From the human T2T-CHM13v2.0 reference genome, Homo sapiens, in NCBI RefSeq assembly GCF_009914755.1, contig NC_060927.1: a stretch of 64,000 nt of DNA; one strand, given 5' to 3'. Numbering within the stretch: position 1 is the first letter of the stretch; each line of letters starts with the position of its first letter. Shown here piece after piece: positions 38,151 to 51,915 of this stretch. The position numbers and the translations under genes were made by a program. Under the pieces are notes generated by a model. The model worked only from the letters and a program-made list of their open reading frames with translations. It did no database searches and had not been told where the DNA came from.

Positions 38151-39649
38151 AGGTAGGCCAATCTCTCACTGATGCTTGAATTCATATAATCACTGTCAAG
38201 GTGTTTTTCAGGCTTATATTGAGTATTTCTAGTGCAGGAAACTGAAAGAACGCTTTCTGTCTTAAGGAAGTTCTGATTTTTTGAGAGATCAGATTTATTA
38301 TTATTTAAATTCTGCCTTCATAACATGAGATTATCTTTTAGTCTTATAAATTTATAATTTCTAGCCATGGAGTTTAGTTAGTACTTAAAATTGTAACTAC
38401 CTGCCCTTCAAAAAAACAAAAACAAAACAAGAACAACCTGATCACGTCTTTATAATTGTGACTCAATCCTCATCAGATAGGACCTTTCTGTTCTTCACTT
38501 TTGAGTTATAAATCCTAGGGAAAGGAACAATGAGGAACAATTAGACAAAGAAATAAAATAAGTACTTTCTATAGTGAGACAGCACTAGAGTTACCTTGTT
38601 AACTAGACTGAGAGCTGGAACTCTAAGCCTTTCATCATTATATTGACAATGTGTAACGTATGGTTAAGTTACAGAAGAAACATTACATTATTATTATTGA
38701 ATAAGTAATAATTATGAGTTTTATTAAGAGGGCCCAGTTCAATTTATATGTGCAAAACTGATGCCCTTAATTGTAACAATACTTTAGAAATGATAGTGGA
38801 AGTAAGTTCCTTTTGCAGAGAAAATGCACCTTAAAATGCCTAGGCACAAATTTAATGAGATACATTGTTCTATATCCCAATAAAAACAAAGACAAAGCCA
38901 AAGTAATGACCTCAAACTCTCTAGAAGGACACGAGGCTTAATGGTAACAGTCCCTGATGCAGGTGGGTCCTCTTAGGCAATCTTAGGTTTGCATTGGCCT
39001 TGCTATATGGTGAAAGTGAGCATATGTTTTATTTATGCATCATCCATTTTACTTTAGATTGAAAGTATTTCCCCATGTTTTGGTAAAACCTGCTGCTCCT
39101 GAAACCTACCTTTGTTCCTAGTCCTGCCCTTATAAATTGCAAAAAACAAAGCCAATTCATCTTGCTTATATGAGCCCGTCTTCCCTTTCATAATAGAGAT
39201 ATGTCCTTCATTCTGACTCGTCTTCTTTTCTTTAAGCGGAATAGTTCCACTGCAGAGTCTCTTAATTATTTAATGTAGTACATCCGGAAAGACCTCATTT
39301 GTAAGGACCAAGAACTGAAAATATTGCTATTGAATGCAGAAAGGGAATGGTAAGGTTCTCTCAGAGAATTCCTTTTCCTAAACAAAGGTGCAATTGCCAG
39401 GAAGCACCTTCACATTTTTCTACACCATGTCAGGCTTCCTTATAGCACTGTTATATGTGGCCGTATTATGGTTGACATTAAAAAATGTGTGTATTTTTGA
39501 AAGAACTACTTCCTTTATTTTAAATAGAAAAGAACACAGCATCTCTGAGAGTGAGAAGATCAAAAATAAGTTAAAAGCTTTTCTTGTGATTAGATTAACC
39601 AGATTGATTAGGACAAATAGGGTTTATCTATAGCTTAATAAATAAGTTA

Positions 39650-39733
39650 TTATTTCCTCAAAATTTAGACTTACTAGGCCTAAAGGAGCATAGAGGTCTT
39701 TAGACTTAATAAGTCTAAATTTTGAGGAAATAA
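39650..39733. repeat. Inverted repeat with 24-bp perfect arms (hairpin/cruciform)
   Basis: TTATTTCCTCAAAATTTAGACTTA (39650-39673) is the exact reverse complement of 39710-39733. Confidence 0.95.
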
Positions 39734-41589
39734 GTTGGAAAAACTAGAGTTCAGAATGAGTAATAGTAAAGGCAAAACTAAGATTATTAAGAAAATTATC
39801 AGAATTTCCTATGTGATTTTTTTAACAACTTTCCCTGGCTTATATTGTACATGGGTTTAAGTTATCTTACAGCTCTTTAATTATTTTTAAAAGTAGGATA
39901 GCATGTTATCTTCCTTCTCTCTGTCTATACCAAGTGTTTGTTATTTGAGCATTACAGTTACACACCACCACTATCTGGTTGTACCGTGACTGAAATATCA
40001 GTTAATTGGAAAAGTGAAAAAAACTCTTTAAACTCAACCTATACAATTAAGATGATGAAGTGGCAGCAATCATTGCACTCTTTTACTTACCTGTGTGATT
40101 TGTTATACCATGTGTTTGTTTAGAATGTAAATAATGTGCAGTTAGAGTAATAGATGCAGATGACTGAACATCCTTAGACATCTGGAGAAGCAGCACTGGC
40201 AAGATTATCTCTGAAAATTTCTGAAAATCTTTTTGTTGCAACCTGAGAAGGCATAGACATAACTGAAAGCCCAATAGTAAGGCCAAGTTCAGTAAAGTTG
40301 AAAATGCTTTACACCATCACTGATGATGTTGAGTCTTCCCCACCCAGCTCAACATTGAGATTTTTTTTTTATATGTAGAAGTTATTTGTTCCAGAATTTT
40401 TCCTTTAATTCATTGAATTATTACATAATTAACTTTTTTTTTCTTTAGGATTTCTTGGCTCTCAAATACTTTTACTCTTTTTAGAGTGCTACAGCCACAG
40501 TTTTCTTAAATATAGGGATTTTTGAGGTATCATATTTTGCTAATGGTAAGTTTATAGTATTCCTAAGCAGCTTATCTCATACAGTTTTCTCTATATTGAA
40601 TATGATTCAGATGAAAATTAACCTGCGTGAAATGGTTGTCATCTGGAATGACTGCCTTTTACCCTAGAAAACAGCCAGCCCAAGGTTGAGAACACATCTG
40701 AGAAACTGTGCCTATTTTGAGAACTACCAAGAAATTTTTATTCACTGGAACAGCTGCCAGGAAACTTGTTGGTCATAGACCAGTGCCTTAGTTGGGCATT
40801 TTTTTCAGAAGTAGAGAAAGGCAAAGCTAGAGTCACCGAGGGATTGGAAGGATGAAAGACGTGTAGTTGAAAGCTGGGCACCATGGAAGACCGAAACACT
40901 CTTCAAACATTCTGTTTTCAAGAATAAACCCAACCCTAGGAGCACGAGACAGAATATAAAGAGCCATGATTTTTAGCGAAGACCTCGCATTTATCTTAAA
41001 ATTTGATTTTGTTGTGAATATAATCTCAGAATTATGCAGGGATGGTCCATCAAAAAGGTCTGCCAGAGTCAAGCTGAGTTTATCTTAGCCATGCTGAAAA
41101 GTAGGTGGCAGTCAATCAAAATGGCAATTACTGTACAAGACAAGAGTTCACTGGAGGGAAGGGTGAATGGAAAGGACACTCCCTGCATTCTTGAGGCCTA
41201 TGTAAATCAACAAATGACTCTGGGTTAGTTTCCACAATTGTAAAACAATGTGATTGAACAATATTGTTTCTTCACTTCCTTCCTGCTCTAAGATTGTACA
41301 AAAGTATGATTCAGCTACAGATATTGCATAAAATTGGTTACTCCTGAAGTGCATGGAGTAAAATTGTTCCCATAGAATATCGTGAATTTAGTTAGGTTGT
41401 GACATGGGTCATAGTCTCCGCAGTCTGTACGCCCTCAGTATATTCCTCTGACAACCCCATGTCCTTTCATTCTAAGCTAATATCCTTACACATCTTTTTC
41501 TCTACACCTGAGCAAAATATACATTCATGTTCTTAAGTGCATGTAGTTAAGAGGAAGCTAACACTTAATTTGTTCCTGCTGTATGCCGG

Positions 41590-41770
41590 GTATCTGGTAT
41601 GTCATCTTCATAGCATTATTTGAAGTTTGGTACTAATATTTCCATTTTTCAAGTGATGAAATTAAGGCTCAGAGAGATAGTAAGTTGCCCAAGGCATCAT
41701 GACTTACAAAGAATGGATCTTAGATTTGAACACAAATATCTCTAAATCCAAACTTCATGATTTTTCTACT
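41590..41770 (-). mobile_element. MIR
   Basis: TGATGAAATTAAGGCTCAGAGAG...AGTTGCCCAAGG. Confidence 0.7.
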
Positions 41771-43082
41771 GTATTTCATTTGCTCACTTCCAAAGTCTAT
41801 ACAAAAATATTTGTTAAATGTGCATGTACTGAGCTACCGATATCTACTATATCTGTGTATACAGCGATAGCTATCAAAAGGAGAGACGTCCTCTAAATCT
41901 TTGATAAAAGTATGTCAAAATGGAACCCTCCCAGAAGGACTTCATTTTTAATAGAAATCAGAGTATTAGCTGAAGGCACGAAGTTCTAAGATAAAAATGT
42001 AGCTATGAATCAGGGTGGATTCAGAGAGGTCTTTGTGTGTATGCTATAGGTGATCATGTGTGAATTTGACCTACGGCAAGAAGAATTTTTTTTTTTTTTA
42101 AAGCTCTTCCAGGTTATCCTTGTGTTGGGGAGGAGGATAGAATAAAGAAATGAATGTCTTGCTGGTTCTTCCAAGTTGTATGAGGATAATATCACCCAGG
42201 GATGATATGCTAGATAAAGACCCAGGATCTTTATTACTTTTTGACATTTAGTTTTGTTGTTGTTGCTTAAATTTCTAGTCTGTTTTGATGGCATTAGAAC
42301 CTTTAAAAGGAGCTTGTAACCTTTTCTTTTTACTTTTCCTGAAATGTGTGGATGGGAGGATTGGACAAGAGCCTCAAGGGATGGGAAGAAGAGCTCAGTG
42401 CGAACACACATGCATTTATTCATTTAGCAAACATCCATTAAGTGCCTAGGACCTTTAAGGTATTCTGCCAAGAGCTGTGCAGGATAGGAATGAACAAGGG
42501 ATGACCTTTGCTTTGGCTATGTACACCAGAAAAACGAGCAGGGGCTGGAGGACTCTTGCCAAGAAGCTATTTAGTGGTTCTCTTAGAGCCTTATCTCTAT
42601 CTAGGCTGGAGATTAACTCAGAACATTTTTTTAGTCTGTTTACCTCTAAAATGAAAAGAAATATATATTAAGAATAAGGAGGTGGCGTGGAGCTTTCACT
42701 GAATGTATTTCAACTGGAGTATTGAACGTTATAGTGATGGATACAGTTAATCCATCACAACCACCATTTCAAAGGAAAGTGGGGAAATCCTTTGTCCCTG
42801 TGTGAAAAATAACTTAGGAAATTTTGGTCTGACAGTTGTGAGAGGGTTAAGAAAGTCAATCATTTTGTAACCAGGCACAGCAATCTTGTATGAACCATGT
42901 CAGGATGTTGTCTGCATGCCGTCTTTGCTGATCACAGTAATCGGGTCATAAGAGAAAGGGAAGTAATAGAGTGTCTCTTAGCAACCAACCCCAGGAAAAA
43001 GAAAATTACTCAAACCCAGCCATCCAGCCAGAGAAGTAGAAAGAAAAAAATATTCTGATAGTTTGCTGAAAGAGCTCAGGGA

Positions 43083-43312
43083 TGAGAGAGAGAGAAAGAG
43101 AGAGAGACAGAAAGTGAGAGAGAGAGAGAGAGAGAGAGAGGAGAAAGGAGAGAGAGAAGGAGGGAGAGAGAGGAAAGGGAGAAAGAGGAGAAAATAGGAA
43201 GGAGAGAGAGAGATGATGGAGAAGAGAGGCCAGAGAGAAAGAGGAAGGTATGGAGAGACAGGAGGGAGAGAGAGAGAGAAGGAAAAGAAGGAAGGAAAAA
43301 AGCAGAAAGAAG
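43083..43312 (+). repeat. GA-rich polypurine tract
   Basis: About 230 nt of almost only G/A, including (GA)n runs. Confidence 0.9.
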
Positions 43313-46300
43313 TAAACAAAAAACTGAAACCTTTTATTTCTTTGTTTTCCTTTCTCTTGGTGTTATCTTTTTTTAAAATTTTTATTTCAGAAAGAGAGAA
43401 AGAGGCAAAGAGTGGGTGAGGACAAAAGAAACCCTGTCTCCTAAAACAGGAACTTGATAGTCCACATCGTGAGAGAAAGTGGGGAGGGTGAATGGTAGTA
43501 TAACTTCATCGTGTCCCATGTTTCTCATGGTTTCCAGTTGCGATCTGGATTACTGTTGAGAAGTAATAGGAAGACGAAGTCTACAGATGCTGTGATTAGT
43601 GTTCTAAGACCTGTTTTTGAATTCTCTGCTTGTTAATCGTGTAGCAGTCAGTTCTACAGCTTACTGCAGTCTTTATAGTAATGACTTTCGAACTTTGTTT
43701 TTTCTGACATAAATAGTGGTAAGAAACACATAGTACATTGACAAGAGCGTATATATGTACATGTCAATGTAATATATATTGTCAATGTAATATTATGCTA
43801 AGTGAAATTTTCATATATAGATATATATATTTTTTCATATATAGGCTCTTTATGTGATGCATACTAATGTTTTCTATTCAATTTCATTACAAAAATTCTT
43901 TTGGATACCTGCTGAATTGATTGTATGACCCTAATGAGTTACATTCTTCCATTTGAAAACACCAGTCTAGGATCAGCACTTGCCTTACATTTTGATTTTA
44001 CTAGAGTGGTGCCAGGCAGCAAGTTCAGTTTTGGTGAAGAGTCTTTGGCCAGCACTGTGATGTTCAGAATAACAGCTATTTAAGCTAAATATTTTCTTGT
44101 CATCTGCCAAGTAGATGTATCCTAAGAGTCTGTCCTGGTTTGGAATTTAAGGGGATAAACCTGAGGCAATTCCCCCTGGACTATCTTCAGTTTAGAAAAG
44201 TGCCACAGTGTGTTCAAGAAGCACCGGACTGGACTCAGGAGACTTGGTTGCGCTTGATGGCATCCTTTTCTCACTCTGAGCCTGGGGTCAATGATGGATC
44301 GAATTAGATGATGTCATAAATTCCTTCTGGCTGTAACATCTTGGAATTTATAGCTGGATGGGGCTCCAGAAACCATCCTGTCTAATGTCTTTGTTTCCAA
44401 GATTTAGTTCTTGAAAAGGAATGATAGACTTCCTACTTTCTTTAAAGATCTGTGCTAGGAACAAGTATACATGAAAGACTGAAGCTTAGTACATAACTTC
44501 AAACATCTCAGTGTGGTATAGGAGTATACCATGCGCACATATAAACATAATTCGAAGAAAATATATAATTTGTTAAACACTACAGGTAGGGTAGAAGTAA
44601 AATATAAAAACTCAGAAAAATGATAATTTAATCTTACTGGGAAGAATGTCTGAATGCTACACTAGTATATAAGGAGGAAGGCTTTGCTGTGGACTTTGAG
44701 GGAAGGAAAATATTGATAATAATAGGATGTTCCGGGTAGATTAAATGTTGTAGGGAATCAAAGAATGGAGTCTTAATTGTCTCCTTTGAGTTCTGTTTTT
44801 TGACCTCATTGAACTCACAAGGGTTTACTTTTTACCACTAAATATTCCTATTATTTTATAGCTGTTTTTTCTTCCAATTTAACATGACTTTTTAATAATG
44901 ATCCATTGCCCACATTTAGTGATAAGGTGAGGTTTGATTAAATAGTATTTGTACAGTACTACCTCCTACTTGGAGACACACGTTTATATAAACACAAGGT
45001 GTTATATAATTTGTTTCTCTGTTGGGGGGAGGGGGAAAGTAAATAAGGAAATATAAATTAATACCTGTTTTCTTTTCAGGATAAATAATATCTGAATATG
45101 TTTCTTTTTCTTTCTTTTTTCTTAATGCAGGCTTTATTTAGTTTGATTTTACCTTTAGAAATTTATAAACCATGGAAATACCCCACATTTTTGGGGATAT
45201 TGGAAATAATCTCTGTGATGTCACTTTCTGAATCAGACTAAGGTTTGTTTATTACATCAGTTACAGGAAATAAGTGCATAAACCTGAATTAATCTGAGGA
45301 TGTTGTGTTTGTAATGTTGCTTCCATTTTGTCCCTTTCCTTGAAGCTTGAGGCACTTGCACATCTCACTCAGTCTTCCTTTTCTCTACAGCTTTCCTGCT
45401 GTCCTAAAGAGACAAAAGGCATATGGCTTTCTCCAGCTGCATTTCCTGACCTGTTTCCTTGCCATAGATCGCTTCTAAAGCAACATTCCCACCATTTGAA
45501 CTTCCATTCTTCCTCTGTCCCAAACCTAATATTAACAATAACAGGAGCCAATGCAATTTTTCATTATAATATGGTGTTTTACATTCATAGCACACACATT
45601 ACTTTATTTGATCCTTGGAACTCGTGGATATGTAAATGGCAAGAGTTACTCTTCCATTGTGTAGATTACTAAAATGAAATATCTAGAGGTAATGTCACCT
45701 AGTACCACTGACTATAGTGTTGTGATACCAATACCAGAATAACAGGGCTCCTGACTTCTGACCCAAGGGAGATAAGGTGGATCATCTTAAGGTTATGGCT
45801 GATATATAATTGACGTTATCAGTTTTAGTAAATTTTATTTTACACGAAGAAACTGAGGCTAAAAGAAACGGAGCCACTAGTGCTTAGGGTGTCAACATCA
45901 GAATCAGATCTTTGATTCCCAGATTTAACATTTCCTAGATTCTGTGTTCTAATCATCTCAATGGACAGTGCAGATATTACTTGAGAAACATGTTTGCATT
46001 TCGTGAACAACTCCTGTTTATTTTCAACATTTTCTATGTATAAATAATGTTTGTGTAAGCATATATTTACTTAGGACCCGATATCTGTTCAGTACTGTTA
46101 ATTGCCTTGGGAGAAAACAAAAGCAAAAATGTAAGGCCTGGGATTTCTATGCAAAAGGCCAAAAAGGGCTTTTGGTGAGATTTTAAAAATAGAAAACCAA
46201 TTAGAAAATAATTAGGTGTATAGTGGTAGGCCCAGACTTGAATTTCAGTATGAATTTTGAAAAAGAATATATATTTTAAGGCCTACAAGGGCAAAAGTAG

Positions 46301-47829
46301 ATGGGCTTTAAAGTTTGTGTAGGTAAGATTGTCTGTGGGTGAAGATGGGTAGTGGGATGGTGAGCAGGCAGAGTGGGGTTGGGGTGTGGGGTGGCACGGC
46401 CAGCTTTAATGGAGACAGGCGACTTCGATGGGGGGTAGGACATGAGGTGCACAGAGCAACAGTTTTCAGAGGTGCAGTAGGGATGATCCAGGGGATCAGA
46501 GAGGAAAAGAGTAAAGACTCTGCCAACCTTTCAGCCTGGAGCCTAGAGCCACAGTGTGAGTTAAAGATGTAAATTCCTTGGAATTAAGAACCATACCTTA
46601 TTTAGCCATTTATACAGCTGCTTACCATGGTAATAATTAGAAATTAAGATGATGATCTTTTATGTGAGCAACTTTCCTAAATAACACTTGATGCTGCTGA
46701 TAAATGAGACTTAGGTACAGTGCTTTTTCTGTAGGATTCAGGCCTAAATGGATCTAGGAGGATACTAGAGCTTCCGTTCCAAAGTACGTGCATTTGAATG
46801 ATATGCTAAGTAATGCCTTGTGTATCCTTCAACAGGAAAAGTTCCTGCTATTAGGATAATTTGATATGCACTTGATGTTTGCTAATATGTTTCAATCACA
46901 TAAATCCTTCTTGGATATTTTTGTTCTTTGTGGACTTCAGGTAAGTTTAAAGATATTCCACACACTTAAATATGTACACAAATGACTTTATAACAAGAAA
47001 GCAAATTTGTTTAAAAAACAAACCTACAATTCTGTCTCTCTAACACATCAACTCCATTTTCTCTGTACTCTTTTAGTCTTTGCCAATATATGTTTATAGT
47101 TTTCATAATATGTAACTAAAGATAGACATAATGTTGCATTTTTTTCACTTAATACTACAGAATAAGAATTCCCCACCATCATATTTAGCAATGGCATTAT
47201 AGTTCTTGAAGTAAGCATCCCAGAATTTATTGAACTATTGCCATATTACTGGTCGTTTGTGTTATTTCACTGCTTTAAGTGTTTTTATGTTAGAGAACAT
47301 AATGAAGGTCTTCATGGGTATAGCTTTTTGAGAAGCTAGACATGTTGAAGAAATTGGGAGCATGCTATTACTAGCTTCTATGAATTGGTATTTACTATGT
47401 ATCCCTTTAATTAAATTCCATTCTGCAGTAAGTGTGATAGCTTTGCCGAAGCACTTGGGGGCCAAAAGGACATTTGTAACTGGTTAAGTTGGAAGATATT
47501 TATTTGTATAAGGTGGGTAGGGACAGGATGGACAGGCTATTTTTCTTGGCCACACTCACTGAATTTAAATAGGCAATGGAGATAAATCAGTTGTGGCCCA
47601 ACTAGACTGCCTGGATATAATATCCTTTTGGACTGGATCATGTCGTTTCATTGCAGTCAGGATGGCTAAGCATGGTGATGGATCATAACTGACCAAACAG
47701 ACAGGTTGGTTAGAATGTATGACCAGTCATAGCTGTGTAACTGAGGAACTGATTATATTCCTGTGACTAATGAAAAAGCCCAATCTTAGAGTAGCTGTGG
47801 TAATTATAATGAGAATACTAGTAAAACAT

Positions 47830-47864
47830 TTTAAGGTGTTGTGTTCCAGACACTATTCCATGCA

Positions 47865-47911
<47 letters not shown>

Positions 47912-48080
47912 CTCATTTAATCCTCATAATATTATGAGGTAGTGCTATTATTAATATCCATTTTCTGGATGAGGAAACTGAGGCCCCAACCAGTGAAATA
48001 ACTTGCTTTGAGTCCCATATTAAGTAGTACTACCCAGGCAACCTGGCCCCAGAGCTTACTTACACGTGTAGTAACTACAC
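47830..48080 (-). mobile_element. MIR interrupted by a (CA)n repeat
   Basis: TCTCATTTAATCCTCA...GATGAGGAAACTGAGGC. Confidence 0.75.
47868..47909. repeat. (CA)21 microsatellite
   Basis: Direct read. Confidence 0.95.
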
Positions 48081-49734
48081 TGTTCTTCCCATTTATGAGG
48101 TGATTAAACTATGGAGGCAGGCATGGCATACCTGCAGAACAGGACTAGAATCTCATAGGTTTTTGAACTTATTAGGCAGACCTAAGGTTTTTTACACTTC
48201 CTGAGGCTATAGAACAGAACTAATCTCTTAGCCTTAATGTCACTATAACGTAAAAACCACGTGAAGAGAATTACGATGGTGAGCAGAGGATAGGACACTT
48301 ATTATAGTTGTTACCTCATTTATTTAATTCTTTGTTTCTTAGAGAATAAGATTCTGGTACATAGCAGGTTCCCATTAAATACCTATTGATTTAAAGTTTA
48401 AAACAAGGAATAATGGCTAAATGAATCATTGAATGCATATGTCTATTTCTTGGAGGTCTAATCATGTTTTCAAAACTTTGGCTCAACTGTAGTTAGTGCA
48501 GAGTATGTATGGTCATTCTGCTAGAGCAAAATCTTAGTATAGGATTAAAGAACTCTGCAAATTGTTAAAACATGCAGGTACACTAGTTTCAAAATGTATT
48601 AGTTTGATTTATTATTGTCATTTTCTGATAAAGAAAGGGGAGTAGTCTCCCCTAAAGTTTGGTGATTAAGTCACCAGCCACCTTTTCTATTTTGGTTGTT
48701 GTGGTAATTGGTGTTTCCTGGAAATTTTCCCTCTGTTCTATTAATAATGTTAAAGGGGGTTACAGCCGTGACTCACTCCAGGAAGTCAACCATCATTCGC
48801 TTCCTCAATCTCACCAACCAGTCCCCATGTACAAAATCAGCGACTTCTGCAAATGAGTTACTTTACAGCTCTCAAGAGAGTTCTAGAAAATACAGCTTTT
48901 GTATTTCGCTGTGTGCTTCCTGCCTTGGCAGAGAGTAAAACAAACCTTCATGTTTTGCTCCTTGGTAGTCTCGAGATAATTGACCAGTTAGGTAACTAGT
49001 GTAGTCTCACTCAAGAGAAATCCCACTTGCTGTCTAACAAAAGTCCCTTGGCACTCAGATTTGCAAAGTTAAACCTGGGGACAGTTCATGAAGTCCAGTG
49101 GAGTCTATACTTCTTTTATACCTGGCTTTATGTTTCTGTATTCATTATTTTGCTCAATGTTTAATTAAGTAATGAATATTTTAACTTGTTCAACATATAA
49201 CTCCGTATGTCTTAGCACTGCTGTGTAGTAGATACCATCATAGGCACTGAGGATGCAGTACAGACATGGTAGCTGCCCTTGGGAACCTTCTATCCTAGTT
49301 ATTGTTCACTATATTACCAAGTTAACCACAGGGAAAACAAGTTCAGAGAATACATAGGCTGTGGGCCTGTCCTAAAGGAATCAATCTGTAACCGACATGT
49401 CTAAAGTTGTGCAGGATAGGATTATTCCACTTAATTCTGTAATTTGTTTTGTCTGGAATTTATCTCATCTATGCCCCCACCCTCACTCATACACATAAAC
49501 ATGGAGATGGAACTTAACTGTGCATTCTCGTGGTACTTAAATTTTTGTACCTTGGATTATCAAAATTTTTGTTCATGTCCTAGCTTCTCTGCAAGTTCTT
49601 TGGTTAAAACCAGTGTGTGACACATCTCTGGATCAGAAATGTCTTCCTTTCTACCTTTCACCTTCCCCAACCTTCCTGGTCTCCTAGCACAGTGCCAGAT
49701 GAATGACAGCTGTTTAGTATGTTTGGTAAATGCT

Positions 49735-49915
49735 AACTGTGTGTGATCTTAGAAAAGTTAGTGAACTTTGCTGATTTTCAGTGTCCTCTTTCGTAAAAAA
49801 GAGAATAATAACCATTTCTACTTCCTAGGTTGTTGTCAAGGTTAAGTATTATATTTAAAGTTTTTTTTTAGTAGTGACTAGCACTTAGTAAGCACTTACT
49901 GAATGTTATCATTAA
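49735..49915 (+). mobile_element. MIR
   Basis: CTGTGTGTGATCTTAG...GTAAAA..GAGAATAATAA..TAGGTTGTTG. Confidence 0.6.
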
Positions 49916-50433
49916 TAAATGATCTTACAAAGCAGTAGCATTTCCTTCTAGGATTTTTTTGTAGTCCTTCATGATTGATAGAGAAGAGACATGCAGTCTA
50001 GGATTTCACATCAGCTTTTTAAATATAGGAAACCAGATGTAAATATGCTGCTTCGGTTATTTACATCTGACATTCTTGCATGATTGCTGACAAAACATTA
50101 AGTAAAAATTATGCTACTCTTTCCCTTAGATGTCAATTCATGGTCACATTAAAGTCACAAGATTTTTCCTGAAACTTACTGCTGGTACCAATTTTACCAT
50201 AGGTTATCTTAATTAGTATCATCACACAGTGGTGCAGTTTGACCTTTGGGGTTTGATTCCAGTCCTTTGTTTATTCTGACTGTGAATGGAGGAGTCAGGC
50301 AGAATGACCTTTACATATCTTTACCTCCTTCTCCCATCTTCTGCTGGCATAGAAAACTTTGCATAAAGAAAGGCAACAGAGCAACTGCAAAATTGCTGGG
50401 ATTAAAAAGAAAATTGTATGATAATGAGAAATC

Positions 50434-50588
50434 CAGTGTACTCTCTCTCCCTTAATATGTGTGTGTGTGTGTGTGTGTGTGCGCCTGTATACATCAGATA
50501 TATGGATTGATGCAGTGTACTCTCTCTCCCTTAATATGTGTGTGTGTGTGTGTGTGCGTGCCTGTATACATCAGATATATGGATTGAT
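50434..50588. repeat. Near-perfect ~77-bp tandem duplication containing (TG)n
   Basis: CAGTGTACTCTCTCTCCCTTAATA(TG)n..CCTGTATACATCAGATATATGGATTGAT at 50434-50511 and 50513-50588. Confidence 0.95.
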
Positions 50589-51011
50589 TTCTTTTTGTTT
50601 ATAAAAAATATTCACTTTTCAAAATGTATTTATACTATGCTATCATTGAATTCTTACATATCAACCCTTTGTGGTTGACACTGCAGAGATGATGAGCTCC
50701 ATTTTATAAAGATGGGGCAGTTTTATCTCAACAACTAGTGTGTTCTAGATCAAGGACTGATTCCAGATTCTCAAAGTCCTACAACAGTAATCTTCACCAT
50801 GCTGTGTGTATGCGTGCGTATGTGTTTATCAGAATATATTAGAAGATAATTTGCAAGCAGGGATTGGTTAAAGTTGAATGTTTATATATTCTTTTGTAGT
50901 GTTGCTTACATTTTAAATAAAAATAAAACTGCAGTGGATGTGCATTTGTCATCATTTAGAGGCCTTCAGACCCCAATTCGTAGTTTCTTCACAGTTGCCT
51001 CTATTTTCTGA

Positions 51012-51466
<455 letters not shown>

Positions 51467-51664
51467 GCAATACTCATTACAGTTTCTAATTGCGTATGTG
51501 TGTAAAAGAACATATAACTTCCTCACAGACTCAGCTGTACACTCTACAGGGGCATCATTGTATCTTAGGGGTCTAGCCTAATGGCTGGTGGGCACTAGGT
51601 GCTTAGCAATAACTATTGAATGAATGAATGAAAAAATGAATAAGTGAATTCAACACAACTTTTA

Positions 51665-51915
51665 TTTATTTATTTTTATTATTATACTTTAAGTTCTAGG
51701 GTACATGTGCACAACGTGCAGGTTTGTTACATAGGTATACATGTGCCATGTTGGTTTGCTGCACCCATCAACTCGTCATTTACGTTAGGTATTTCTCCTA
51801 ACGCTATCCCTCCCCCAGCCCCACACACCCCAAGAGGCCCTGGTGTGTGATGTTCCCTTCCCCGTGTCCGTGTGTTCTCATTGTTCAACTCCCACTTGTG
51901 AGTGAGAACATGCGG
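51665..51915 (-). mobile_element. Short 5'-truncated L1PA (PA5/6-like) 3' end
   Basis: ATTATACTTTAAGTTCTAGGGTACATGTGCAC... TSD TCAACA(C/T)AACTTTTA at 51650-51664 and 51916-51930. Confidence 0.93.

Noticed and set aside
43734-43789. TACATTGACA / TGTCAATGTA inverted and duplicated 10-mers
   Set aside because: Short, in AT-rich low-complexity sequence probably within a decayed DNA transposon, with no support for function.
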